A stretch of DNA of 63,242 bases, filler included, from Sphacelaria rigidula (GCA_964200075.2; 11 parts of 11 records of this genome joined end to end with filler, not necessarily neighbours in it); one strand, 5' to 3'. Numbered from the whole stretch's first letter, positions 39,075-52,517 are shown. The notes: a model not told the origin generated them from the letters alone. A program made the numbers and translations.

Positions 39075-39437
39075 GTCAAGGGTATGTTGCGTAGGGTAGA
39101 ATAGCCGGGTATTTTCTTTCCCGAATTTTGTGTTGCGATGGTCTGACTTCCAAACGCTACCCAAATATTGTGTAAGAGTAGGGTACAATCCCAGTACTCT
39201 ACCCAAAAAGTGGGTATTGTCGAGAGCGATCCCAGTATTCTGCCCAAGTTTCGGGTACTTACGAGTGCGATTTTTTCTTGTAAATACCAAAACGTTGGGA
39301 AATTCCCTACCAAACACACCTTTGAAAAATATGATGAATACGATCTCAAATACTTTGCCCATGTTTCGGGTATTCGAGGGTACGATTTATCAAACTACCC
39401 AAACTGTAGGACATGCCCTTCCCAAGACACCCTTGAC
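39075..39437. mobile_element. MITE-like element with internal GGGTATT/TACCCAAA motifs
   Basis: gtcaagggt ... acccttgac termini and repeated internal motifs in both orientations. Confidence 0.5.
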
Positions 39438-40516
39438 ATACATGATGCACAGCCAGCGCCTGCCTGGTGCTATAGTGATGTCCATGTCAAGAAGAGAGAA
39501 AAATAGGATTCGTTGCTACATGCAGTATGGCACCTTCTTGCCACAACTTGGAGGTTCACACACGGCTAAGGGGTTCTTGAACTCGTGGCCACAGACATAC
39601 GCTCGCCTCTACAGTACCGTTATACTACGAGCTGGGCCAGCCTAGAGGCGGATTTGACGTTTGCAGGCCCATGCTCTTTTATACATTTAGAGTTGGACCC
39701 TGAAATTTGGTATGGACAATGATGGGGGTATGAAAAAAAAATACTTCGGTACCAATTTTTTTTTTTTTTCATGAGTTGGAGACATTTTCCTGATAATCGA
39801 AAACTGATTATTGCCCTCAACTCGTGAAAAAACAAAACTTTTGGTACCGAAGTAATTTTTTTTCATGCCCTATCCATTGTCCATACAAAATTTCAGGTTC
39901 CAACTCTAGATGTATAAAAGAGCATGGGCCTATCAAAAACCGGGTCGGTAGAAATTCGGAACAGTATTTCGCGGGCCACTCACCGGCCCATGTTTGGTTT
40001 TCGTGTATTGAAATTTTGTGTGGGCGCTCTCTAAGGCATAACTAACAAAAAAAGTGGGTCAGGTTAATTTTTTTCACTGCTTTAGGGCGTTCTACTATGG
40101 TAAAGACCATATTTCACGAGAACGCCCTAACCTCTATGAAAAAAAAAGTGGAAGGCCCATTTTTGTTCTTCATTCGACACTCTTTTTTGGTTCTCCACAC
40201 CAAAATTCGTNNNNNNNNNNNNNNNNNNNNNNNNNNNNNNNNNNNNNNNNNNNNTTAATTAATTAANNNNNNNNNNNNNNNNNNNNNNNNNNNNNNNNNN
40301 NNNNNNNNNNCGCCACACCACGGCGCTTCACGCTTGGTGATTGATTGCGAGTCTGGTCCGGCGAAGACCCGGCGCGCTCCGTCCCGGCTTTGTAGGGATG
40401 CGAGGTCAATGGTCTTATTACTATGGCGTGCATGATCATGATGACTACACCCCCCCTCTCCCTCCCGGCTCGCCCTCTCCCTCGAAACTTGAATAAAACC
40501 GGAACCGAAAAAGTAG

Positions 40517-40732
40517 GGTACGTTGCCCAAAGCGAAGCTCACGGGAACGACAATCTGCGGATGTGTCTTCAAGGGCGGTGTGGTACTGGGCGCAGACACG
40601 AGGGCGACGGGAGGGTCGGAGGTGGTGGACAAGAACTGCGAAAAAATCCACTACTTGGCACCGAACATCTACTGCTGCGGTGCAGGAACGGCTGCGGACA
40701 CAGAAAAGACCACGGATATGATCTCGGGGCAG
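40517..40732 (+). CDS. PSMB7: 20S proteasome subunit beta type-2 (PSMB7/PBB/Pup1), exon containing catalytic Thr1
   Basis: [58 protein letters not shown] acceptor; CAG|GTGAGG donor. Confidence 0.93.
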
Positions 40733-41676
40733 GTGAGGTGTACTATGTTTGTAGTTTGCGTCATTTTCTTGTTCTCTTTCAGGTAGAAACAGTATCGGAA
40801 ATGAGGGTTTTGGTCCCTTGAGACCATGGACTCGTCCCGAGGAACCGGATGCGCGCGCCCTTAGATCTGAAGAGTAGGTCATCTGATGAATCGACATCGA
40901 TCTCACTTGGAACAAGTATTGATGGCCCATATGGACTACCGTCGCCGTCTCACAGTTGAATGCAGCACAAGTAGACACCTGCCGCCAACACACGAGTGTG
41001 GGGTAGAGGGTCCCCAGAGGGTTAGTAGTAATCAATCGCTCACTCAGTCGGCGGTGTATACACGCGACGATGGTTTCGCAGGGGTGTGTGCCTCGTGCGA
41101 AGGAGCTAGAGGTACGGGAAGGACATCAAATGTGGCACTCTTCTAAAGCTGTGTAGGCTGGTGAATTTCCTCGTGCGAAGTAAGGAAAAAAAAAAGGAGT
41201 ACTTTTTTCCTCTCGCAAAATGATTCCTTATTTGTGTGTTGTAAGCCTCGGCAGTTGAGTTATCTTGCACACCCTGGAGAAAAGATTCCAATGTAAAAAA
41301 ATGTACCGCGTACAGTATGGAGTCTTTTGTCTATTGGAATAGGAGCTATAGTCGATACTATTTGTACGCAGTACAGTTTTTGACCGTGTAGTCTATTGTT
41401 CAGGGTGTGTTTTTTTGCGGGGATATCTGCCTTTTATTCCGTCAGTTCTAAATTTGTAGTGTAGGGTATACATAGTGCGCAGTCAATTCTCCGCCGCCTC
41501 GCCTCTGTTTAGTAGTTGGTACGATCAACACCAATTCAGGTCGGAATAGTGCACACCCTGGATAATGATAACATATTACATCGTCAAAAAGCGAACTGCG
41601 TGCAGTGTCGAATCTATTGTCTATTCCAATAGACACAGTAGCCTATACTCTAAGCATTTAACTTTTCGGAAATTTC

Positions 41677-41821
41677 CAGGGCCCTTCACGTTACACGTTA
41701 CACGCTACGTCACAAATGTGAGGTCTCGAAAGTGATACGTCACGTCACGTCACGTCACGCCCTTGTCACTTGACGTTTGTGGCGTGTAACGTACGTGTGA
41801 CGTACACGGTAAAGAGCCCTG
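41677..41821. mobile_element. 145-bp MITE with CAGGGC termini and 5-bp TSD ATTTC
   Basis: atttc-CAGGGCCCTTCAC...GTAAAGAGCCCTG-atttc; the interior is made of (CACGT)-type repeats. Confidence 0.75.
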
Positions 41822-44577
41822 ATTTCATATAGTCCTTATCTAGCGTGTGCAATAATGCACACCCTGGGCAACATGTGGTCAAGGGTTGCAAGAGGAAAAA
41901 ACTTGTATTCCGTGAAGTACAGACCTTTTGGAACTATCGCACGCCCTGGACAACGGACGGCATCTATTCCAAAAGCAATAGAATCTGCTGCAGTAGATGC
42001 CAATATTGTCGTCCCTAATGGCCATCGATCGGCACGTTTCTATTTCTTTCGTCGTCGACAATGTTTCCCACACTTTTGTCCGGGCCGCAGTCTGTTGTGA
42101 CCCTACACCGAAATCTATTGCGGCCGACCGAAGGCATCAATCGATGGCTTTCCAAATCTAATGATGACGACAATGGCTGTCGATACACCGCATGCCAATT
42201 CTAGAGTGATTACGACGATGGCTGTTGACAGATTGTATACCAAATATATGGATGACGGTAATTGCTATCGATATATGTATATACATCCCAGCCCCGGGTC
42301 CCGTGCGGCTTGTATGTATATGTATATGTATGTGTGTTTTTCATTATTTTTTCCACAGGTTGGTCTTGTGCGCCTGTCAACATACGGCAATATTTCATAC
42401 ACATCTCGTATGTGTGCGCGTGCCTTCTGCGCAAAGAATATTCTTCACCCGAGAGTGATGCCGCGATAGCCCCCCCCTTCCCCCCCCTCCCCCACCCCAG
42501 AGAACCGTGCTCCGTCTCGAAAGGGATGCGTGGTCAACGGTTAAACGACCAAGGCAAGCAACAAATGAGTACGCCCCCTTGGAGACTGCGAGCCTGGTTT
42601 GAGGAGGCAAAATCTCCGTGTATCAAAATGAAGAAAGTCGAGCGCACTGAGCAGCTGGAAATTCCCTCCGTTGGGATTGTTGTCGCCAATGTCGAACATA
42701 TGAGACGCTTCGTGCGGTCTGAATGCCAGCTGTCATGCGATGTGCGGCGATTTTGTTCGTGATAGTTTGGGGGAGGAGGGGGGGGTGGGGGTGATGCTAT
42801 CGCGGTATCACTCCCGAAGCCTTTGCGCATAAACCAGCCATTTACAGCGTTTGTCTATTCGTTTGTTTTACCCAGTCTGCTTTTTGTGTCTGTTTCACCC
42901 TTCTGTTTTCTTCACTTTCCTTCAGCAAGTGTCCTCTGTTTTTTTTTCGTATCTCGGGTACGTCTATCATCTATCCTGTGACGAATCTATCGATACAAAT
43001 CAACATTTTCTGTGTTTCTTCTGTACCTGCTTCCTTCACTGTTGTCCAGCCAGTGTTCGTGTGACAACGGCTGGGTCTGGTTAATGTATGCAACAATCAA
43101 ATCAAATCATTCAATGCCGTGCGCCCCCCCCCCCCCCCCCCCCCCCTCCTTCTCCCCTGTTTTTTTCTCTTCGCTGGGTGTTTGGCTGTTTTTTGTTTNN
43201 NNNNNNNNTTTTGCCACCAGTTTTTGTTTGAAAAAGGGTGGGGTTGTTTTATTTATTCAAAAAACAAAACAAAATACTCAATCCCCCGCCCCCCCCCCCC
43301 CCCCCCCCCAATTTGCTTTTTCACGCGTTTTTCCTCTGCGATTGGTGCTTTTTCTCATATGTTTTGATTCTCCGTGCAGCTCGATCTTCTGCGCCTATCG
43401 ACGGGAACGCAATCTCGTGTAGTCACCGCATGCACCCTGCTCAAGCGCATGCTGTTCCGTTATCAGGTGAGCGTTCACGAAACGACGGGATGTCAGGAAG
43501 CGTTTTACTTTCATTTTTTGGTGTTCGTGACTCTGGTTTAGTTTCTCCACTTTGATGGACTCGAAATCTCCAAATTCGTTCAAGTGTACGTGGACCAACC
43601 CTAATGGGAGCCGTCCAAAATCCCTGATGAAAACTGCCTATTGGGGCGCTTCTCCGTCGTTTTATGTCCGATCAGAGGGTCGGGAGGATGTCGATGCCTT
43701 GGAATGACTTGGTCTACTCAAACACTATATACAAAGGTATAGGAAAAAACGTTTTATGGGAAATTTAATACCCTTCCGGACCGTATCGGAGTGTTGGGAA
43801 CAAGGCTCAATACACTGCCGAATCACACCGAAATGCTCAGTACTGTACAAATCCCGGTGTGGTCTAGTACACCAACCGAAAGTCACCCACCTCTGGGTAT
43901 ACCCTGCAGAGCATGACCCTGGTATTTGCTACTACTCAAGGACAGCGCTCCGGAGTGCAATAGTTGGTACCTGGAGTATCGACCCGCCCGATAAGTTCTG
44001 AGAATTTTGTGGAGTGTACCTAAAATGCCGTCTATTCTGGACGCCAGTCTACACCTTTCGGTGTATGTGGGCGCATCAGTCGGGGTCACGCACGAGGAAG
44101 GCCATTACGGGAGTTTTTTCCTCCGTCTCCTGCTCAAGTACTCCACCTTCCTTATGCGGCGCTTGCCTTTATTTTTTATCACGAGAGGGGTTCAGCAGTC
44201 CTTTTCCCTCGTCGACTGTGAAATCGATTATTTGTGAAATGCACGTAGAAAACTTATAGTACCTGGCATTGTTGACACCCTCCTAGGCACACGTGTTCTT
44301 AGCTTTGTCATATTCTGTTCTAGGCACCTTTGAAAGCGGTCATGATATATCGGGATGCGATGTGTTGTGTGTGTTGTCATGCCATCTATTCTGGACGCCG
44401 GTCTACACCTTTCGGTACATGTGGGCGCATCAGCCGGGGTCACACAGGAGGAAGGTCAACACAGGAGTTTTTTTCGTTTTTTCTTGTGTTAGTACCCCCA
44501 CCTTCCTTCTGCGGTGCGTGCCTTTATTTTTTATCGCGAGAGGGGTTCAGCAGTCCTTTTCCCTCGCAGACCGTTGA

Positions 44578-45612
44578 CTCTTTTGGGACCGGGCCTCAAA
44601 AACGACCGATGAGGCTGGTCAGGAATGGCGTGTCTGGCGTATGCACGAAACAGTGGCATGTTGCTGAAAATCCGCTGATGTAACCACAGGGTCATGACAA
44701 AGACCGAAAGTTCCAATCTATTTTCAGGTTCAGGGTGCGCATTAGGTGGTGTACATCTGATGTAGCAAGCAGTATGGGTCGTGGTAAAGAGCTTCCAACA
44801 GGATGCGATGACCGGCGGGCCGCCCGCCACTTGTGGCTTTGGAGGATGCTTTTGTCCTCACCACCTTGCCGCACAGCCCTCTGTGGTCGGGGTGGGCCGC
44901 CATTTCCCACCTTGTGGCATGCGGCAAATTCTCTTTCAACGGTATTAGCGTTGCGGCGCGCATGCATACAACAGCATAGTACAGTACAGTCTAGTATGCC
45001 TCTCCGACTGAAGCAGCAGCTGCCGCTGCATACTCCGTTGCACGTTCTTGGCAATTCTCAGCTACCGAAATCAGCTGCCTAGATACAGCTTTGTCATCCC
45101 CGTCCACAACATGCATGTGGACTGCACACTGCAAGTCATCCGGCAGAGGGATACGCAGAATTCATGACGGTAGCTCCTGTTGTCTTTCCACAGCCCACCT
45201 GGATTTTGTCCCTCGTGAACATGACCACATGATGGCATGTACACTCCTTCCCGGTCTTTTCCGGCCCACCTTGTGTTGGTGTAAATTACTACGTTTTAGT
45301 AGGAAATTGGGACCCAAAAAACACTCGGGAAAAACTCGGGAACGGTATACTGGGTGCAAGTAATACCATGAAACCAAGCCACGACCATCCTGCACTTGGA
45401 AACCTGGAGAGACTTCTCTCGGCCAGGAATAGGGCCCCCACACGATCTTTGCGGTGGCATCACACTCGACAAAAATCCCTGCGCTGGTCGTTCAGGTCTG
45501 GTCGATAATTTCCGCCTCGCCGTGATTGGGCAGGTCGCTCGAAGACTTATTTTTCATTATTTCACGAACACAGGGTCAACCCTGTGTTAGTGGGGGTCCG
45601 GTCCCAAAAGGG
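44578..45612. mobile_element. piggyBac-like non-autonomous element; a second right end at 46069-46168 and an internal homolog at ~51650-51726
   Basis: ttga-CTCTTTTGGGACCGG ... CCGGTCCCAAAAGGG-TTAA, i.e. CCC-type TIR with a TTAA site. Confidence 0.75.
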
Positions 45613-46538
45613 TTAATGTACTATTCCGTTGAGGTGTTTTGGTGGCCTTATCGCGCGCTACAATCTGTTTTTTTTTTGTTTTGTTGATTTTATTATTTAT
45701 TATTTTCACTTTTCACTTTTCGCTTGATTTTTTTCCTCGTCGAAGTAGCGAGCGTTTTTTCCCCATGTCGGGTGGATGTGTCCTGCGCTCACGGCTGGTT
45801 TCGTGGCGGTTTGATCTGATGGAAGAGTGGAAAATCTATCAGTCTGTGTACAGTGAAACAAAAGCTTGTCAAGCCAGAGAAATGTAAAGATTGCACGGTT
45901 AGGACAAATAATGATTCGTCAGGAAATCACTTGGTTCTAGTATAATAAGGTGACTCGTGATGAATGAANNNNNNNNNNNNNNNNNNNNNNNNNNNNNNNN
46001 NNNNNNNNNNNNTTAATTAATTAANNNNNNNNNNNNNNNNNNNNNNNNNNNNNNNNNNNNNNNNNNNNCGCTGTGATTGGGTAGGTCGCTCGAAGACTTG
46101 TTTTTTTATTATTCCACTAACACAGGGTCAATCCTGTGTTAGTGGGGGTCCGGTCCCAAAAGAGTTAACTCCACGCAAAGGGGATGACCAACCTACGTGG
46201 TGTTTGAACGGTAAGACACTCATGAGGCAGTGCGTAACCCGTGACTGTCTCTGCAAGTAACGATACCAGAAAATGCAGCAACTTATTCGAGGCTGTCATC
46301 CATATGCAAGGTAATCAGCAGGGTTCGGGTGGAACAATCTCAGCAGGATGCAGCTCGCCCTTCATTACGACTCACCGGACACATCACGGCGCTTCGCGCT
46401 TCGTGACTGCGGGCCTGATCCGGCGAAAATCCGGCGTGGTCGGTCCCAGCTTTGTAGGGATGAGAGTTCAACGGTCATGAAACTACAGCATGTAAGAGAT
46501 CATGAGTGAACTCCTCCCCGCGCCAAGCCTGCCCTCAC

Positions 46539-46788
46539 CTTCGAGTTCGGCATGTCTTCGACATCTTGCTCCCCCGCACATCCGTCGCCTGCCCCGTCAA
46601 CCCCCCCGGTTGCCCGACAGGCAGCATTGAAACGGTTCCGGCGAGCGAGGTTCCGGAATGCGATTTGCTGCACGAGGAGCTCCGCAAGCTGCGCCTTCTT
46701 CTCTTCCAGCGAGCGTTCGCGTTGGCTCTTTTCTCTCTGCAGCATCGGAATGCTTGAATGTGCCACGCTGTCAGGCAGACCTTTCCAC
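46539..46788 (-). CDS. TFDP: DP transcription factor, dimerization coiled-coil exon
   Basis: WKGLP...EEKKAQLAELLVQQIAFRNLARRN. Phase-2 acceptor matches; AAG|GTGAGG donor. Confidence 0.92.
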
Positions 46789-47125
46789 CTGTGCGTAAAT
46801 AGACAGGTTCGACGCTGGTTCAAGCACAAGCGTCGACTAAACTGATTCATTTGTCGATGATCGCGTCCATCACAGTGGGCGATAACCGCCCCACGTCAGC
46901 TGGGGGCTGCCAAGAACAAAAACGGATGTCATGGAGTATCCACACACAAGAAAGGATACAACCCTTAATCGATCCACCACGCGTCAGTATATCGCCAGTA
47001 CCCCTATGTGCATCACAAAAATGTGGCACCAATTTTTGAGCTATTTCAGCAAAACGTCGTGCACAGAAACCAAGACAAAACATCTCAAAATCTCGAAGGG
47101 ATTACTATATATCTATCCATCTCAC

Positions 47126-47328
47126 TTGATTTCCTTCCGATCCTTCGAGATGATATCGATGGCCATCAACACGTTCAGCGCGTCGTAAACCCTACGCCGG
47201 ATGTTCTTGTCATCGTATTGCGTCTCCTTGCCAGTGATGTACTCCCGCTCCATCGCCAGCTCCCTGACGAGCTCATCGGCTACCTCATTGTAGCTCGTCG
47301 ACCCCTTCTCTTCCACCTTGCGACACAC
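47126..47328 (-). CDS. TFDP: DP transcription factor, DNA-binding domain/DEF box exon
   Basis: [21 protein letters not shown]...[31 protein letters not shown]. Confidence 0.95.
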
Positions 47329-48652
47329 CTATCGGTGACGGTGATTTCGATGGTGACGAAGGAACAAAGTAAAGTCATCGATTGTATCGTGATCGATCAA
47401 ACAAACACGAGTCTGACAACACGATACCATGGGTCTTGTTTCTCTCGCGGGTATCTCGAGACAAAAGGCTACTGCCATCCATGCCATGTGCTATCTACCA
47501 CTGGTGCGGGGAAAGGAAGGAAGTGGTTGAGCACACCAAGACAGAGGAGCAGGAAGAATATACGCTGCCACCACAGGTAGTGGAAAAACTGACTCCAAGA
47601 GGGGACGCGGGCACGACAGCGGTTGCGAAAACAATAACATGTCACGAAAAGAGATGTCCACTCTCCATTCGCACACAAACACCGCTCCCTGTAATCTCTC
47701 GTCGCTATGCAAGTAAGGTACAAGCTGAGTCCTCCAACACTATGAGGATTGGCCAACATCATTACGCGCAGCTCACCTGACTGAAATGGGACCTTAAAAT
47801 GTGACACGTGATCTGCAAGGTACTCGCCGACACATTCCACCCTCCCCCCTCTCCTCCCGGCAAAGATACGACACACCTTTCGTGGGCTTCGTCCCCAAGA
47901 CTGCTCTCCATACAAACTTTGATACATGAGTTTCGGCTATCTATTCCGATCGACGATGAATCACGGGATGATTCAGCCACAGCTCTCATCCTCGCTTCGG
48001 GGTTTACACGCCCAAACAGTCTAGGGCAAATTCGAAATAACATTTTCACACAGGAAATGTCCAGACCAACGACACAACAACCTGATGAAAAAAAAATCTC
48101 AAGACGGAGACGCGAGTGCCACGACACCAATCAGTCGGACTCCGGAGCTGGGTTGCTGCGCGCTACTGCCTCGTCGAGCTGAGTGCGATGGTATGCCCCG
48201 CTTGCCCTGACTCAGTATCACTCAAAGAATTCGGCAATCTGACAGTATGAGGGTTTTTGTCCGGCCCAGCGCGTATCGTTATGTCCGCATCGCTTGACTC
48301 GTGAAGCCATCGCATTTGACGACGTGTTTGGTACGCTACAAAAATTCCAGCCAGAGCACACACACACACACACACACGAACGCACACTTGCACAGACCAA
48401 GACACGATCGACATACCACAATAACCAGGTCTGCGATGCAAGCATACTTGCCATTTCCCAGAGCTCACCATCCAGAGAACAAAGTTTTTGGCCCAAGATA
48501 AAAACAAAAAGGAGTCCACCGAGACTGCAACAACGGCCAAGAGCAAGGAGTAATGACGCATTTCCACCGGACGTCAGACAGATCACACGAGGCGAGGACC
48601 TGCAGAGACACGACTGCAATGACTGCAATGGGTAGGCCAAGAAGCAACGGAC

Positions 48653-48725
48653 CTTAACGCTGAAGTGTCGGAGCCCCTTGCTGGGTTTCGACTCCGGCTT
48701 CTTTTTTCGGCTTGTCGCCGGTTTT
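48653..48725 (-). CDS. TFDP: DP transcription factor, exon absent from the ORF track
   Basis: (I)KPATSRKKKPESKPSKGLRHFSVK, the start of the DP winged helix. CAG acceptor phase 2; AAG|GTCCGT donor. Confidence 0.88.
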
Positions 48726-49486
48726 CTGCTTTACGGCCAGTGCGTGTGCGCGTGCGCACAAAAACGGAGGTGGGTAAAGGGAGATAAGGAGCAAACAGCT
48801 GCGCGCAGCACAGGTCACACGACATGTCATGCGACACCCCCACAAGGGGTCGGTCCACCAACCCATGCCATGCCGCACACGCGTAGCCAACGAGAGCCAT
48901 AACAGCGGTCACGACACGAGTTTCACGTGAATTCTACACCACTCATCATGCCACGCACAACCCCCCGAATCACCACCTACTCCGGAGGCTTCAAACGTTC
49001 ACAATCGGAATTATCACTTTGGCGCGCGCCCAAGATCGCCGGTTGGGCGTCAGGTGAACCGGACTTTTGAGGGAGGAATTGCTCCGGACAAGGTGCTAAT
49101 TGATCCTTTTGGCTGACAATATACATTATTTTCGATGAAAATCTTGGGAGAACCGGCGTGCAATGTACGGCTGCACCCAAGCAGTAGATCATCTCCAGCG
49201 TCAAATGACTCTACAGGCTGGGCCACTACCACAACAGACAACTCAGGGATAATCAATTGCGATGGTTGCTGAAAGCGAGGAACACCATGAATTGCCTTCC
49301 GACCTCACACTTTTGGTGGATTCGCGGGTCCAAACACTGCTTGACAATTTCCAGAATAGAGGGACCGATCCTCCTCTCGGTCTCGAAAGGGATGCGTGGT
49401 CAGTGGTCAAGTGATTGAGGCAAGCAACAAATGAGTACGCTCCCCCTCTCCTCCTACCCCCCCCCCAATCCACCTGTGGATCTTAC

Positions 49487-50015
49487 ATGTCAGGTGAAGA
49501 CTCTGTTCCGTAGGTACATGAGCGTCTGGCGCGGGCTGCAGCCGGTGGCGGCGGCACAGGGTCGGGCGGCGGGATGTCCCTGTGCGGCGGAATATCCCTA
49601 TGTGGTGGCGGAAGTCCCCCCGACTTTCGATTTTTCTTCTTGTGGGGCTTCACCTCCGGAGGCGTGTCTGGATCAGCGGCCGATGCCGCTTGACGCAAGT
49701 CCGTGGCCCGCATCGCCGTCGATGGAGACTCGTTCAAGTGAGGGGCGAGTAGCCCACCTCCGCCCCCTCCTCCTACGGCCCCGGCCCCGGCCCCGGCTCC
49801 GGCTCCGGCCCCGGCGGCGACGCGTCCGGGGTTAGGCGAGAAGATAGCCGATGCCGTCATCGATATTGGAGGTGTGGGGGAGCCCAAGGCGCGCTTCAGC
49901 ATGAGGGGAGAGTCAAGGGGAGGGCCTGTGCCCCTGGGGTTTGGGGAGAAGATGGCCGAAGCTGTCATCGCCACCGGAGACACATCTCCCGAGGAAAACG
50001 AAGAGCGAACTCTTC
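49487..50015 (-). CDS. TFDP: DP transcription factor, low-complexity N-terminal exon
   Basis: Open S/P/G-rich frame. CAG acceptor inferred; the AT|GTAAGA phase-2 donor fits the next exon. Confidence 0.7.
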
Positions 50016-51826
50016 CTGGGAAGTCATGTTGGTGTGGATTTAGAGGTGAATGCAATTTGGTGGGTCAAGTGATTGGGGTCAGTGGTGGGGGAATCAGAGG
50101 GGGACGGGACGGAAGCGGGGAGGTGTAGTTCATACGCATGACAGCAGAGACAAGCAGCCCACGCATGGAACTGGGAACAAGTTGTGTGCGAAGCGTTGCC
50201 TTGTGCTCGGGTTTCGACACCTTTCCATCTGTGGATGACCAACAAACAAAAGAATCTACTCTGAACGTGTACACGGGGGCAACAGGTGGTCAAAGCAGGT
50301 ACGTGGCCCGTGCGTTTTGCTGTCCAGCACGCCTTTGCTAAGAAAGATGTAACCGTGTATAAAATGTGGCTTATATGGCGTTGTCGGTGAACTACGGCCA
50401 GGATGCTGGAATCAACAAACAAAACAAAAATGATCTTTAATGGTGTAATGAATATTGCTTGGTGATTCCTGTCCGTGAAGCACCAAGACATTCCTGTATC
50501 TACTTTACATTATCTACCCGCCCTTTACCGTAGCATGCCGTAGCATACAGCCAGCTAAACACTATTGCGCATTTCTTCTGCGCTACGAGCTGGACCAGCT
50601 GAAAAGCGGCTAAACTTTGTCCACACTACAGCTTTCCCAGTTTCCCGAATGAACCCGATGTAAGCATATCACTGTGAAGTGCAGACCAACCTGGTAACAC
50701 ACGGCACCGCCGCTGAATGAAAGAAAATAATGAAGAAAAATGTACTGCATAATATATGCCCTCAACGACGGACGAAAAAAAAAAGAGAATCTGTCGGGAT
50801 TCGAGCTCATGACCTCCATAATTGGAGTCTCCTGTATCACTTGAACTATACGGGCGCGGCTATGTCACACGAAACGTTGCACGCACGGCCCAATTCGATG
50901 ACACTTGAACTGAAATTTCACGAAGACCTTCTGCACCCCAGGAAATGATACATGGCGGGAGCAGCTGCAGATTCTCGTATTTTTCCTGGACTCATGACAC
51001 TATATATTGTTTTGCTTAGATTTCAAATCCCCACAACTTCGTTTCTTTTTCTTTTCTTTGCTGCTCTCGAGATGTTCTGCATGTCGATCATAATTAACTG
51101 CTGTCGTATTTCAGCGTCCAGCTCCTAATTTTACGCTGTGCGTCGCCTGAGCGAGAAAACTTCCCACTGTTAGCTGGCCCAGCTCGTTGCAGGCTCTGGG
51201 AATCGCTTCCTTATTCGAATAACCGGATAGCTTGCATTGCTGGCAAAGGACACCGCAGCACCCCGCACTATGTATGTACTGTTCGTGGCGTCACCTTCGA
51301 CAACAAGTTCACAGCTATGAGCCACCCACAATCTGTGCTTTTCCACTGTCGTTACAAGAGTCTACGTAAACTCTACAGCCCAACCAGCACTGCATAGGGC
51401 CTGGCTCCTGAGGGGCTTCAGCAGAAATGCCTTCGAGTTGCTCAACAGTGCCTTACAGCCCGGGTCGTGCTCAGGCGGCCATTTTTTTTTTCTTAGATAT
51501 TTTCCTACTATTGCGATATGGTGCATGATGACGCAGTACCCTGCGTGGCCACCCCCTTCCCCCGGAGGCTTGTTGGGCGAAACGAGATTTGCCGTTATTA
51601 GTCTCGAGGACTGGGTACGAGCTCCCTCATCGGATGTTTTAAATGCTCCAAAAGTGGGCGGGGATGAAGAAGCGGTAAATAGGCAGTTGATCTCGGTAGC
51701 TGAGAATTGCCCAGAACGTGCAAGGGNNNNNNNNNNNNNNNNNNNNNNNNNNNNNNNNNNNNNNNNNNNNTTAATTAATTAANNNNNNNNNNNNNNNNNN
51801 NNNNNNNNNNNNNNNNNNNNNNNNNN

Positions 51827-52517
51827 CCGCGTGGACCCTGCTGGACACCGCGGTCAGGATATAGCGCCAGTGTTGGTAGCCCGAAAAGCACCGAGTCCGT
51901 GGTCGCCATCTGAAAACGCACACGACGGCATGTTCGCCGATGGCGACACGATTAAGTGGGTGGAAGATCCTGAGCGAGTGGCGGAGACGGAGCGGGTAGA
52001 GTACGTCGTGCCGGATGTGGTATCCACCTCTGATAAGTCGCGGGCGGTCCCTCTCAGTTGTATAGCAGGGCTGGGGAATAGTCTTAGTGGGTACATGACA
52101 CCGGTAGCAGCAGGGGAGGACTGCAAGCATTATGCACTACGAAATGGCGTGGTTGAAACTGCGCGCTCGAAGGTTGTCCTTCTGTCAACCACCCCTTCAT
52201 CTGCGTTCAAGGACTTTGATCCGGTACCTTTATTTTCGGGGGATATTGATCGTTGCCCAGTACGGCCGAAGTTGTTCGGCACAGGTACAGTAGTCACTCA
52301 GAAATTCACGGGACCGCGCTCGCCAGAGGGCAGAAGACTTTGGAGGACAAAACAAAAGCTTGAAGCCAACGTGACCGCAGTTCAAACAGATAGAAAGTCG
52401 CGACGTCATCAGTACAAACTGGAGTGGCAAGGAGACCGACGCACAATTTGGGAAGCAGGGGTCGAGTGGATAGTGGACGAGGGATACGTAAAAAGGTACC
52501 GGGTGCAGAGACCGTAA
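51827..52517 (+). CDS. 5'-truncated ORF of unknown function (host terminal exon or TE ORF end)
   Basis: About 230 open codons of complex, globular-looking composition from the contig edge to TAA; no family recognised. Confidence 0.45.

Noticed and set aside
45520..46168. Apparent tandem duplication across the spacer
   Set aside because: Two independent copies of the same piggyBac-like end on unlinked contigs.
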